DNA of 64,000 nt. Source: Octopus vulgaris. Its lineage: Eukaryota. Shown here in pieces: positions 1-14,700 of this stretch. A program made the translations under genes and the position numbers. How positions within the stretch are numbered: position 1 is the first letter of the stretch; each line of letters starts with the position of its first letter. The stretch is from NCBI GenBank assembly GCA_951406725.2, contig OX597837.1:36704001-36768000 (forward strand), written 5' to 3'. The notes beneath the pieces are model-generated. The model was not told the DNA's origin and did not search any database. It worked only from the letters and a program-made list of their open reading frames with translations.

Positions 1-258
1 AATGTCATAATTCAAAACTAAAATTTTGAAAAGTTCCCCCAGTTCTGAAAAAAATCGATAAATTCGACATGGGGTCGAGAATCAGAAACACGAACCACAA
101 ACTGTCTAGGGGACGCAACTCCACCCTTTTTTAAATCTCAAAAAAAAATTTACCATCATTTTTTCCATTTTTTTGCTATTTTTTTGGCTATAACTCTCTA
201 AAAATGCTTTATAGTTATTTCCCTTACAAACCTGAGCAACGCCGGGCGATACTGCTAG
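1..258 (+). mobile_element. 3' end of a non-autonomous Helitron
   Basis: subterminal imperfect hairpin cctgagcaacgccggg followed by CTAG|T at 255-259. Confidence 0.6.
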
Positions 259-2020
259 TATATATATATATATATGGTCATAAAATATGTATATGTCATA
301 AATTTGTAGATATATATATATACACACATACAATCATATATATGCATATTTACACACACACACATATATATACACATATATATATACACACACACACATA
401 TATATATATATACGCACACATATGTATATATATATATATACATACATATATGTATGTATATATATATATATTCCATATATATATATATATGTCTGTGTTT
501 GTCCTTTCACTGTTACTTGACAACCGATGTAGGTGTGCTTATGTTCACTTAACTTAACAGTTCGGCAAAAGAAACCGATAGAATAAGTACTAGGCTTACA
601 AAGAAGTCCTGGGGTTGATTTGTTCAACTAAATGTGGTGCTCCAGCATGGCTACAGTGAAATGACTGAAACAAATAAAATATATATATAGTTATATATCT
701 ATATATACACACACTCATACACACACACAGGTTGTAGTATCAAAGGTGGTGGCTTTATGCACTTTATTATATATTTACTGTTATATATAGTCCTAGTAAT
801 TATACCCCATATACACACTTCTTACGATACACTGCAGCTGTATCATAAATCTGTTGATAAATTTAATGGTGCTTTCACAATATTTTCTTTCAATGCTATG
901 TTGTGTGCTATGGAATATAGCTATAGATTTTAGCCAACACTGTATGTAACAGACAACTGTAAAAACCTTGTCATTTACACGCAATATCTTTGTAGAAAGA
1001 AAAGAGGAATCATTTGACTGTGTTGGGATTTCATCGGCAACTGAGTACCCTCTTTAACTATCCTCCAGAGACATTATTTACAATCTCACTCTCTTTCCAA
1101 CTCGTTCTATGATAAATAAAGCAAACATAAAGATGACGACGATGTTGATGATATTACTAAAAGCTTAAGTAAATCGGATAATTTGATTTGTATATTATAG
1201 CGCATTACTGGCAGCTTAGTTTAATTACTAAATTACATGGGTCTTAAGTGTTTTGCTTCAAAACTACTCTGTGTTATAGAGTATATCTATAGATTTTAGT
1301 CAACACAGAGGCATAGCCATGTAGTTACAAAGTCTGCTTCCTAACGACTTGGTTTTTCCAGGTGAATGCCACTGCTTGACACCTTGGGCAAGTGTTTATT
1401 TACTGTAGCCCTAGGTTAACCAGAGTCTTGTGAGTGGATTTGGAAGATGGAAACTGAAAGAAACCCATTGTGTATATGTGTATATATAGTGCTAAAATAT
1501 AAAATAGTATATTAGAAAATGGAATGTCTTCTATATTTTGAGTATGTTCTTCTACAGGGCAAAAATAGAATATATCTATATATATATATATATACTCTTT
1601 ACTCTTTTACTTGTTTCAGTCATTTGACTGTGGCCATGCTGGAGCATCGCCTTTAGTCGAAGAAATCGACCCCAGGACTTATTCTTTGTAAGCCTAGTAC
1701 TTATTCTATCGGTCTCTTTTGCCGAACCGCTGAGCTACAGGGACGTGAACACACCACCATCGATTGTCAAGCGATGTTGGGGGGACGAACACAAACACAC
1801 AAACATACACACACACATACATACATATATATATATATATACATATATACGACGGGCTTCTTTCAGTTTCCGTCTACGAAATCCACTCACAGGGCTTTGA
1901 TCGGCCCAAGGCTATAGTAGAAGACACTTGCCCAAGGTGCCACGCAGTGGGACTGAACCCAGAACCATGCGGTTCATAAGCAAGCTACTTACCACACAGC
2001 CACTCCTGCACCTATATGTA

Positions 2021-2413
2021 TGAGGTGATATCGAAAGGTTCCTGGATTACTTCTGTAGCGTGCCAACAGATGGCAGCACATGGTTGTGTGTGCAGCGAGA
2101 GCTAGCAGTGACCTTCATGAGGCTGTGGGTTGAGTGCCATTGCTGTGTTTACTTCGCAAGTTGTGAAATTTGTGGTTTTATGATCACGTATATGTTGTAG
2201 TCTGTGGTTTTTGTCATGGACAGGAAGTCGGAACAAAGAACCAACATGAAATTTTGCATTAAATTTGGGAAGTCTGCCACAGAGACATTGAGCATGCTTC
2301 GGCAAGTTTCCGGCGATGAGGAAAATGAGTCGCCTGCAATGTTTTGAGTGGCACTGGCACACAACAGAGCCTCAGTTCAATCAAGAGCACGCTCATTGTT
2401 TTTTTCAACATCT
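2021..2413 (+). mobile_element. Mariner transposon 5' fragment, internally deleted
   Basis: TA + TIR-like start; ATG at 2216 reads MDRKSEQRTNMKFCIKFGKSATETLSMLRQV..(fs)MSRLQCFEWH, then KSTLIVFFNI. Confidence 0.82.
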
Positions 2414-3722
2414 GCACACACTCTCACACGCACACACTCTCTCACACACGCACACACTCCCTCACACATGCACACACTCACACATGCGCACACACTCTCT
2501 CACACACACACACACACAAACACACACTCTCTCACATGCACACACTCTCACACATGCACACACACTCTCACACATGCGCAAACTCACACATGCACACACT
2601 CTCTCTGACATGCACACACTCTCACACACTCACACACTCTCACACAAACACACACTCTCTCACACATGCACACACTTTCACACTCGCACACACTTTCACA
2701 CTCGCACACACGTACTCTTTCACACATGCACACATTCTCTCACATGCATTCACACAGCCTGTCTCTTTCTCCCACCCCTCTGTCTCCCTCACACTCCCAT
2801 ATATATATATATACACACACATACACACACACACACACATGCTCACAGAGCCATGCACTCTATCACATACCAACGAACCGTTATTATTCTGGCAATTATT
2901 CCAGCTAACCTAATTTCTCTTTTTTTCTACATTTCTTGCATCACCCCCACCACCACCACCACTGTTCCCACCCCCACCACCACTAGCATTAACCATTACC
3001 ATCTCTACCACCACCATCGCTGCTACAATCACTACAATTCTCACCATCGCCATCTTCACTTCTTACTATCCCCTACAGTTGATGTTCAGCCCCAGTTTGC
3101 CTGTTGATCCCTGTGGTTCTGGGTTTACTCTGCTGGACCCCATAGACTTTCAATGTTTTAAAGAATCCCATTATATATTTATATTATTAGGAATTATATC
3201 AAAAAAGGTGGCAAGCTGGCAGAAATGTTAGCAACGCCGGACAAAATGCTTAGCGGTATTTCGTCTACTGTTACATTCTGAGTTCAAATTCCGCCAAGGT
3301 CGACTTTGCCTTTCATCCTTTCAGGGTCGATAAATTAAGTACCAGTTATGCACTGGGGTCAATGTAATCGACTTTATCCCTTTGTCTGTCCTTGTTTGTC
3401 CCCTCTACGTTTAGCCCCTTGTGGGCAATAAAGAAATAAGGAATTATATCAAAAAATTTGATTATCTTGTGTACTGTGCAAGAATTCTTTTACATGTTTC
3501 AGGCATTTGACTGCGGCCATGCTAGAGCACTGCCTTAAAAGTTTTTTTTTTCTTTAGTTGAAGAAATCAACCCCAGGACTTAATCTTTATAAGCCTAAGT
3601 ACTTATTCTATCAGTCTGTTTTACCAAACTGCTAAGTCACAGGGACGTAAACACACCAACATCAGTTGTCAAGCGCTGGTGGAGGGGGACAAACACACAC
3701 AGACACAAATGTGTGGATATGT

Positions 3723-3776
<54 letters not shown>

Positions 3777-3915
3777 TATATGGCGTTCGGAAGGGCATCC
3801 AGCCGTAGAAACACTGCCAGATCAGACTGGGCCTGGCGCAGCCTTCTGACTTCCCAGACCCCAGTTGAACTGTCCAACCCATGCTAGCATGGAAAACGGA
3901 CGTTAAACGATGATG

Positions 3916-3946
<31 letters not shown>

Positions 3947-5524
3947 TACATACACACACACATACAATGGGCTTCTTTCAGTTTCCATCTACCAAATCCA
4001 CTCACAAGGCTTTGGTCAGCCTGAGGCTATAGTAGAAGACACTTGCCCAAGGTGTCACACAGTGGGACTGAACCCAGAACCAAGGGGTTGGGAAGCAAGG
4101 TACTTACCACAGAGCCACACCTGCGCCTTAGCAAATTATTGGACATAAAATTTAAGAATAAAATCTTCTAAGGACCCGTAGGGGCTACATGGAGCCTGGT
4201 TGAGGACCACAGATCTACACCATCACAACCATCACCTCTAAGGATACCAGTACCACCACTACCATCACCAACTTTACCGCTACCACCAATACCACCATTC
4301 CGAATGTTATCACCCCAACCACTACCATCAGCACCACTACAAACTTTTACTGTCTTCACCTCACATCCAACACTACCACCATCACCATCTTCACCTCTAC
4401 CGCCAACACCAACATCACTGCCACTACAAACCTTACCATCTTCCCCATCACCATCACATCCAACTCTATTGGCACCGTCACATCCAACACCACCACCACC
4501 ATCATAACAAGCGTTATATACCACTAAAAACCTCCTCCCCTACTCTCATCTCTCCAATTACCATCTCTTTGAACTGGTCCTTCCATTTCCTCGACCCAAC
4601 CCCTACTAATGAATCATCCAGGATCCCTAGAGGTTTCCTCAGAAGATTCACCACGTCCAATCCAACCCTGCCATTCTCATCTATTGTTTCGTATTTCTCT
4701 AAGACAACGCAATGGAACCGTTAACATCTTTTTTTCTTTGTTCTCTCCCAAGTTATTTTTTTTTTTGATTTTTCTAGTTTGTTTTGTTATTTTATTTCTC
4801 TTCGAATTCTTTGAAAACCAAAAAAAGTCCATCCCAAATGCTTATCATTCGCTCCCCGTCCTCCCCTCCTCCTCTTCCCCCGTTTTCTCCTCCATCCCTT
4901 TCTATGATTGTCCCTCTTCCTCTCCCCCTCCCTTGGCTCATTCATTCCCCCCTCCATCCGTCTCCCCCTCGTTTCTCTCTTACCTTCTGTCATCTTTAAC
5001 TAAAACGCACAACTTTCATTTTCACTCTGGGTCCGACCAACCAACCAACCAATCGGTGACGATGTCCCTCCGCCCCGCTCCACTCCGCTCCCTCCCCCAT
5101 GTGCCTCTCTTACGTTATGATGATGATGATGGTGGTGGCGGAGGCGGTGGCAGTCGGTCAGTCACCGAAGGATCGATAAGAGCTTAGTCCGTTTTGTTCA
5201 GCGTATCTTTATTGATTTGGAAACACCACCACACGTGCTTGTGCACTATCGCACATACACATCCATGCACATAAACACAAATACACACACACACACATTC
5301 TTTCAAGTATATTTTCACCTACACACACTAACACGTGTGTACACACACACACAAATACACACAAATTCACATACACATTTAAACTAATTTGTACACACGT
5401 TTACACACATTCTCTCGCGCGCGCGCACATTCATGCACGTTAGTACACAAACACGCGTGCACACACATCCACACGCACTCACACATATTCATACACACTC
5501 GTTTCTACACACATTCTCAGACAC

Positions 5525-6012
5525 ACATACACACACATATTCGCTCACAATTCACACACACACTCACACATATTCGCTCACAATTCACACACACACACAC
5601 ATATTCGCTCACAATTCACACACACACACATATTCGCTCACAATTCACACACACACACACATTCACTCACAATTCACACATATTCGCTCACAATTCACAC
5701 ATACATATTCGCCCACAATTCACACACACACACACACACATATTCGCTCACAATTCACACACACACATTCGCTCACAATTCACACATATTCGCTCACAAT
5801 TCACACATACATATTCGCCCACAATTCACACACACACACACACATTCGCTCACAATTCACACACACACACACACACACATATTCGCTCACAATTCACACA
5901 CACACACACACACATATTCGCTCACAATTCACACACACACACACACACACACACATATTCGCTCACAATTCACACACACACATATTCGCTCACAATTCAC
6001 ACACACACACAC
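5525..6012. repeat. Minisatellite ATTCGCTCACAATTC(AC)n
   Basis: repeated constant 15-mer with variable CA tracts. Confidence 0.92.
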
Positions 6013-6319
6013 GTAATCCCATCCTCACGGTACGTAGGTAGGTTGACCGGATGTCATTCCGTTGCGCTTTGCAGCAGCAGTAGGCTGCAGAGGGGTGTCG
6101 ACGGGATGGTCGTATAATATTTATATAACTATGTCGGGTGCAGTGGGGTGGGTTTTTTTGTATATAAATACATAATTAGCGAAAGTCTCCAGAGTTACTT
6201 TGCAACTGCCTCTGATTGATCTTCTGCTTTCGGATAACAAACAAAAAAAATTCCCTTTGTTTAAAACCGAGAGATACGCAGCAGCGAATGCTTGTTTAGA
6301 AAAACATCCAAATTCATGT

Positions 6320-7540
6320 GTGTGTGTGTGTGTATGTATATATGTAATGTTATGGTGTATATGTATATGTTATGGTGTGTGTATATGTATGTAATGTTAT
6401 GGTGTGTGTATATAATGTTATGATGTGTGTGTATGTATGTATATATGTAATGTTATGATGTATGTGTGTATATAGGTATATGTTATGGTATGGTGTGTGT
6501 GTGTGTGTGTATAATGTTATGGTGTGTGTATCATCATCATCATCATCATCATCATTTAGCGTCCGTTCTCCATGCTAGCATGGGTTGGACGTGTGTATAT
6601 AATGTTATGGTGTGTGTGTATGTATATATATATGTAATGTTATGATGTATGTGTGTATATAGGTATATGTTATGGTATGGTGTGTGTGTGTGTGTGTGTA
6701 TAATGTTATGGTGTGTGTATGTGTGTATATAATGTTATGGTGCGTGTATGTGTGTATATAATGTTATGGTGCGTGTATGTGTGTATATAATGTTATGGTG
6801 TGTATATATATGTATATAATGTTATGGTGCGTGTATGTGTGTATATAATGTTATGGTGTGTGTATGTGTGTATATAATGTTATGGTGTGTGTATATGTGT
6901 ATATAATGTTATGGTGTGTGTATGTATGTATATAATGTTATGGTGTGTGTATATGTGTATATAATGTTATGGTGTGTGTATGTGTATAATGTTATGGTGT
7001 GTGTATATGTGTATATAATGTTATGGTGTGTCTATATGTGTATATGATGTTATGGTGTGTGTATGTGTGTATATGTTATGGTGTGTGTATATGTGTATAT
7101 AATGTTATGGTGTGTGTATGTGTATAATGTTATGGTGTGTGTATATGTGTATATAATGTTATGGTGTGTGTATGTGTGTATATGTTATGGTGTGTGTATA
7201 TAATGTTATGGTGTGTATATATGTGTATATAATGCTATAGAAGACAACACCTACCCAAGATGTCATGCAGTAGGTTTGAACACAGAACCATGTGGTTAGG
7301 AAACAAGCCTCCTACCACACACCCACACACATATATATGTATATAATGTTATGGTGTGTGTATGTATGTATGTAATGTTATGGTGTGTGTATGTATGTAT
7401 GTAATGTTATGGTGTGTGTATGTATGTATGTAATGTTATGGTGTGTGTATGTATGTATATAATGTTATGGTGAGTTTTTGCGTGTGTGTGTAATGTTAAG
7501 GTGTGTGTGTATGTATATGTTATAGTGTGTGTGTGTGTAA
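6320..7540. repeat. Minisatellite TAATGTTATGG(TG/TA)n
   Basis: dozens of units, interrupted by SINE/LINE scraps. Confidence 0.92.
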
Positions 7541-9112
7541 TGTACAAACACGTACAATGATGCACACACACACATATATAATGGGTTTCCTTCAGTTTCC
7601 ATCTACTAAATCTATTCAAAAGGCTTTGGTCAGCCCTTAGCTACAGTAGAAGACACTTGCCCAAGGTGCCACGCAGTGGGACTGAACCCAGAACCATGTG
7701 GTTGTGAAGCAGACTTCTTACCACAGTCACATGACCACCTGTTTTAGTTCAGATTGTTGTTTTATGGTTAGTAGTAGTAAAAATTATTTCTACATTCGGC
7801 ACAAGACTTGCACTTTTGAGGGAGGGGAGGAGTTGATTACATTAACCCCTTTCCCCCCCAATACTCAGCTGGTATTTTATTGCATCAACCCTAAAGAATA
7901 AAAGGCAAAGCTGATCTCTTGGCAGCATTTGAACTCAGAAGGAACACTGCTAAGCCATTTTTTTTGTCTGTCATGCTACCAATTTTGACTGATCACCACC
8001 TTATTCATTAATCATTTAACATCCGTGTCTCCATACTGGCATGGGTTGGATTTATTCATAATAATCATCATCACCGTTTAACGTCCGCTTTCCATGCTAG
8101 CATGGGTTGGACGGTTCAACTGGGGTCTGGCAAGCCCGAAGGCTGCACCAGGCCAGTCAGATCTGGCAGTGTTTCTACAGCTGGATGCCCTTCCTAACGC
8201 CAACCACTCCGAGAGTGTAGTGGGTGATTTTATGTGCCAGACGAGGCTGGCAGACGGTCATGCTCGGATGGTGTTTTTTTATGTGCCACCTACACAATAA
8301 TAATAATAATAATCCTTTCTGCTATGGGCAAAAGGCCTGGAATTTTGAGGGAGTAAGGGCTAATCAATTACATCAACCCCAGTGCATAACTGGTACTTTA
8401 CTAACCCTGAAAAGATGAAAGGCAAAGTTGGCCTTGGTGGAATTCAAACTTGGAATATAAAGCAAACAGTGTTGTTAAATATTTCATCTGGTCTGTTAAC
8501 AAATCTGTCTACTCACTGTCTTAACAATGATAATGATAAAGAACTTGTTTGATAATTAACATAGCCCTGATACAGTACAAGGCAGTGGCTCTTATGCCTT
8601 CTGATCTTAATTGATTGGAAGTGTTATCATCTACATGTTTTGTCTTGGTATAAAACATGGTCTTCAGTAAATATTCTGCTCAATACCACAGATTTGCTTG
8701 TCACTTGTTTGACCTTAACAAGTTGAGCATGTCCCTTAATGGCTGACGATATGTACATACCCTAATGACGAGCAGAAGTAGTGGGGGAGCATCGTAGCAT
8801 TGTGTTGAGAGGAAGTCTTTGGGGTTTGAATAATTTACTTCTGGAAACATGGGTGTTTCATTCAGCATTCTTAAACAAACCTTATTCAGGGACCTTTTGA
8901 GTAGGATGGGCTACTCGACCGGAAGAAAATTATGAGCCCCACCTGCAAGGTCATGTGCCGCTTATCTTGATATGCGATCACCATGTCATGCATGGGCCTA
9001 GTGTACCCTTGTCAGACGGGTAGTCATAGGGTATATTGGGCTTCGTATAATTGTACCGCAGTGTCACTTTGTTGGCATGCACTGCTCTCTCACTCAATAA
9101 TAATAATAATAA

Positions 9113-10029
9113 CTAGTTTAAAAGCCACACTCTGTGTGGACTATAGCTTCTGCGGAGGGCTGATTGGGCCTGTGACCCCAAACTAAAGAGAGCAATATTC
9201 CTTTAAATTTACTTTACAAATTTTTGATGTTCTTTTAAAATTTGACTTTCCAACTCATCATCATCATCATTTAGCATCCGTTTTCCATGCTAGCATGGGT
9301 TGGACGGTTCAACTGGGGTCTGTGAAGCTGGAAGGCTTCATCAGGCCCAGTCAGATCTGGCAGTGTTTCTACGGCTGGATGCCCTTCCTAACGCCAACCA
9401 CTCCGTGAGTGTAGTGGGTGCTTTTTACGTGCCACCCGCACAGGTGCCAGACAGAGCTGGCAAACTGCCACGAACGGATGGTGCTTTTACGTGTCACCAG
9501 CACGGGGGCCAGGCGAGGCTGGCAACGGGCACGAACGGATGGTGCTTTTACGTGCCACCAACTGTTAGCATGTAACAAATTCTCATCCAGATCTGATCCC
9601 AATGCTGGGTGTTCAAGAACCAAATGAGGGGCAGATTTTCAAACTTGGGGTCATTCTGATTCCAAAAAGGTATAATATGTCTATGTAGACTATGTCAGCA
9701 GTAAGCTGGCAGAATCATTGGCACGCCTGGCAAAATGCTGGGCAGTAATTTGTCTGCCTTTACATTCTGAGTTCAAATTCTGCCCAAGTTGATTTTGCCT
9801 TTTTTCCTTTCAGGGTGGATAAATTAAGTACCAGTTACACTCTGGGGCTGATGTAATCAACTTAACTTAATCTTTTTGCCTGTCCTTGTTTGTCCCCTCT
9901 ATGTTTAGTCTCCACCCCTGTGAGCAATGAAGAAATAAATGTCCAGAGTAAATGTGAACTGAGATACAGGGGTCTCGGATGGGCGGACGGACGGACGGAC
10001 AGACAGAATTTCACGTTTATTATTAGAGA
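9113..10029 (-). mobile_element. Non-autonomous Helitron with nested LINE tail (~9257-9560) and SINE (~9697-9938)
   Basis: minus strand A|TCTCTAATAATAAA..(TCCG)n 5' end; CCACAC-AGA-GTGTGG hairpin then CTAG|T 3' end; sits in an (AAT)n tract. Confidence 0.72.
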
Positions 10030-11279
10030 TAATAATAATCATCTTTTCTACTCTAGAGGCACAAGGCCCGAAATTTTGGGGAGAAAGGGGCCAGTCAATT
10101 AGTACACAACCCCAGTACACAACTGGTACTTAATTTATCGACCCCAAAAGGATGAAAGACAAAATCGACCCCCAGCAAAATTTGAACTCAGAATGTAAAG
10201 TCGGACAAAATGCTGCCAAGCAGCTCGTTAATAAATCTCAGCTCGCTGTTTTAATTATAATTTCTATAATGATGATGATGATGATGATGATAATGTTTAC
10301 AAACACATCTTTTGTGTGATGGCTTCTGTTTTCGCTGGATGTTGATTACAATTAGCTGTGCAGTTTGTCTTTTTTTTTTCAATTCGTTCATTCATTTGTC
10401 ATCGCTAACATCCTCTTCATCAATCATCACTCATCACCATTGTTAGCGTTATCATTTATGAGTGGTAGCAACAGCAGCAGCTCAACCACTGCTGTCACCA
10501 TCAGCATCACCACCTCTGTCATCACCATTGTGTCATTGTCGTCGTCATCATTATCATCATCACTACCACCACCATCATCATCGCTACCTTCATTATCATC
10601 ACGACCATTTTTATCTTCACCACCACCATCAACATCACTGCCACCGTCTCACCATCACCACCAACACCCTCTTCAGCATCACTGCCACCATCGTCATCAT
10701 TGCCGCTGCCACCACCATCATCACTGTCACCGTAATCATCATCATCACTGCCACTATCATCATCACCACCACCACCATCATCACTGCCACCATCATCATC
10801 ACCACTACCATCATCATCATCACCAACATCTTTAGCATCCTAACCACCACCACCACAACCATGATGAATGTGTTGTCATTGACAACACCATCTGTTTCCT
10901 TCCCCAGCTAATGTTAGCTACCACCCCCACTGCCAACACTGCAGCCACCACCTCCCCCACAGACCTAACCAATATCAAGACGCTACCACCACCAGACACC
11001 CCAATACTACAACATTACTGCATTTTTATTGATTTAGACTAAACCAGAATCTGGTTGATCTCACTGTTGTTGTTGTTGTTCTTTTAAAAATTGTGTTAAT
11101 GTGTGGAAGCTTATTTTCGAAGTTGTGGTAGTGTGGGTGTGTGTGGAATGTTTATGGTGCGTGGAAGTTTATTGGTTGTGTAGATGCTGGTCATTGAAAC
11201 CATGGTGATGTGTGGAAGTTTATTGAGGTAGCATGTGGACTTAGACTATAAGCAGTGTGTAGATGTGGAATGAGGAAGC

Positions 11280-11750
11280 ATGTGGAAGTTGACTGAGGCA
11301 GTGTGCTGTGCGGAAGTTGAAGGAAGTGGTGTGCCGTGCGGAAGTTCAACGAGGCGATGTGCCATGCGGAAGTTCAACGAGGCGATGTGCCGTGCGGAAG
11401 TTCAGTGAGGTGGTGTGCCGTGCGGAAGTTCAGCGAGGTGGTGTGCCGTGCGGAAGTTGAGCTAGGCGGTGTGCCGTGTGGAAGTTTAGCGAGGTGGTGT
11501 GCCGTGTGGAAGTTGAGCAAGGTGGTGTGACGTGCAGAAGTTGAGCGAGGCGGCGTGCCGTGCGGATGTTGAGCAAGGCAGTGTGCTGTGCGGAAGTTGA
11601 GTGAGGCGGTGTGCCGTGTGGAAGTTGAGCGAGGCGGTGTGCCGTGCGGAAGTTGAGCGAGGCGGTGTGCCGTGCGGAAGTTGAGTGAGGCGGTGTGCTG
11701 TGCGGAGGTTAAGCAAGGCGGTGTGCTGTGCAGAAGTTGAGTGAGGCAAT
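11280..11750. repeat. 28-bp GC-rich minisatellite GTGCCGTGCGGAAGTTGAGCGAGGCGGT
   Basis: about 16 tandem units. Confidence 0.92.
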
Positions 11751-14700
11751 GCATGGAAGAAAATAGGTGGTGTACAAGCTGGTTGTTGAAACTATGGTGA
11801 TGTTTGGAAGTTGACATCACATCGCTATTTCATTTTCCTTTTCTTTACTTTACTTTTATTTTATTTTTCCACACCGATTACCACCCACTCCTTTATAAAA
11901 TTAGTCATGCATCTCCTCTACAGCAAGAAATCTGTTCTGGCCCCTTCTTTCATACTTTAGCCTCTCATTAATCGTCATTTAACGTCCACTTTTTCATGCT
12001 TGCTTGCATGGGTCTGACTGAGTTTATTTGAGGAAGATATTTTCTTACGACCAGATACTCTCCCTGTTGCCAACCTTCACCTGTTTCCTATCAAAGTAAC
12101 ATTTCCCTATGACCAGACATGTTTTCTCAGAATATTAGAAATGAATGACACTACCTGAACGACAGTAACATTTGTTCACAACTATCACACAATGAAATGT
12201 CAACACCAAGACAAGACACACACACACACTCGCATGTAGATATATTTATGTATAATGGGCTTCTTTCAGTTTCTGCTTACTGTATCCACTCACAAGGCTT
12301 TAATCATCTCAAAGCTATAAGTATAAGACATTTACTCAAAGTGCCATGCTGTGGGACTGAACCTGGAGCCTTGTGGTTGAGAGGCAGACTTCTTAATCAT
12401 ACAATCATGCCTGCACCTGTACAATATTCAAGAGTGAAGAACGCAAGCAACAATCTTGGCACCTCACACAGGCAAGCATAAAACCCACCTCCTTCTGTGC
12501 TGTAGCCTCACTCATTTGAAAGAGATTTTGGTCCTGCAAGCTACTCGGCAACCTCACTAATGTTGGTGCCATGTAAAAACATAAGCACCCAGTACACTCA
12601 ATGAAGTGACTGGTATTAGGAAGAGCATTTGACCGTAGAAGGCCATACCAAAGCAAACACTGGAGCACTCGCATAGCTAGTGTGTGTGCTGCCTGGGGTA
12701 GCCCTTCCCTTTGATGCCCCCAGACTCCACAAAAAACACATATTACCTACAAAAGTGGTGCCCCTTTAAAAGTCCACAAAAAACACATATTGCCTACAAA
12801 AGTGACCCAAAATTGGTACCTCTTTAAAAGTGCCGCCTGGGGCAGCCCTCCAGACTCCACAAAAAACACATATTGCCTACAAAAGTGACCCAAAATTGAT
12901 ACCCCTTTAAAGGTGCCGCCTGGGCCTTGCTTAAAGACAAGCATGCTGCTCAGTCCAGAGATTGAACTTGTAATCTTGTGGTCATAATCCAATAGCCTAA
13001 CACTGTGCTACGCACCTTCATATATTATTCAGTGTCTGAATGCAAATCAGAATGGCAATGACAACTAAAAAAATAAACCACTTTGATCTTGTAAGTCTTG
13101 TCTGGTTAGAATTGACCTGGGACAACCGCTATTACCACCACCACTGCAACTGCCACTACTGCCTTAATGTCCATCACCACTACCACCACTACCATTGCAA
13201 TGTCCACTACCACCTTCACAATCATCACCACTATCACCAACGTTCACTACCAACCTTCACAATTTCTTATTTCTTCATTACCCACAAGGGGCTAAACGCA
13301 GAAGGGACAAACAAAGGGATTGAGTCGATTACATCGACCCCAGTGTGTAACTGGTACTTATTTAATTGACCACGAAAGGATGAAAGGCAAAGTCGACCTC
13401 GGCAGAATTTGAACTCAGAACATAACGGCAGACGAAATACCTATTTCTTTACTACCCACAAGGGGCTAAACACAGAAGGGACAAACAAGGACAGACAAAT
13501 GGATTGAGTCGATTACATCGACCCCAGTGTGTAACTGGTACTTATTTAATTGACCTCTGAAAGGATGAAAGGCAAAGTCGACCTCAGCGGAATTTGAACT
13601 CAGAACATAGCGGCGGACGAAATACTGCTAAGCATTTCACCCGGTGTGCTAACGATTCTACCAGCTCGCCGCCTTAACAAGGACAGACAAATGGATTAAG
13701 TCGGTTATATCAACCCCAGTGCGTAACTGGTACTTATTTAATCGACCCTGAAAGGATGAAAGGCAAAGTCGACCTCGGCGGAATTTGAACTCAGAACGTA
13801 ACGGCGGACGAAATACCACTAAGCATTTCACCCGACGTGCTAACGATTCTACCAGCTCGCCGCCTTAACACCCGCTATTGCCACCACCACTGCAACTACC
13901 ACCATACAACAACTACCTTAATGTCCACCACAACGTCCACTACCACCTTTACAATCATCACCACTATCACCAACATCCACTACCAACCTTCACAACTTCT
14001 GCCACTGCCATCACTTCAGTGTCCACTACTGCCTTTACAGCCATTACCACCACCACCACCACCACCACAACTGCTGCCACTAACTTCACCACCACTATTG
14101 CCACTACTACAACCACTGCTGCCACCACCAGTATCATTACCGCCACTGCTACCATTTCCACCACTACCACCTTCTTCCATTGCAATCACAGTCACTGCTA
14201 CTACCACCAACACATATTGTAGTCTTAAAAAAAGAAAACAACAATCTCTGACACCACTTTGAAATGGCACTGTTTGGCCTCGTCGACCTTGTGTTTGTCT
14301 AATGGCACTATTGAACGAACCATTACTGGTCTGTGTGGGGGACAAAGCAGAGGAGAAGTGGTGGGGGACAACCGGACAGACAGTGGTGATATAACTACGC
14401 CAGCTTCCTAATAAAGAAAAAAAAAAACGGGGGAAAAAAATGACAAAATATAAAATAATGATTGGACCGTGTTTTGTATTGCTTTATCAATTAATCATAC
14501 TAATTAAGCATTCTGCTAATTATTATTCCCAGTTCTTTTGAAAGTTATTCTTCGTTTCGCTTGGAAATCAAACTTGTGTGACTGTAATTAGCGGAATAAG
14601 CGAATAAACGAACAGCCAAGAATGAACAAACTAGCGTGTGTGAATGAGTGTGTGTGTATGTGTGTGTGTGAGCTGGTGTATGTGTGTCTATGCATGTGTG

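Noticed and set aside
5525-6012. CRISPR-like constant repeat with variable spacers (also 18190-19710)
   Set aside because: Spacers are only (CA)n length variants, the context is eukaryotic and there are no cas genes.
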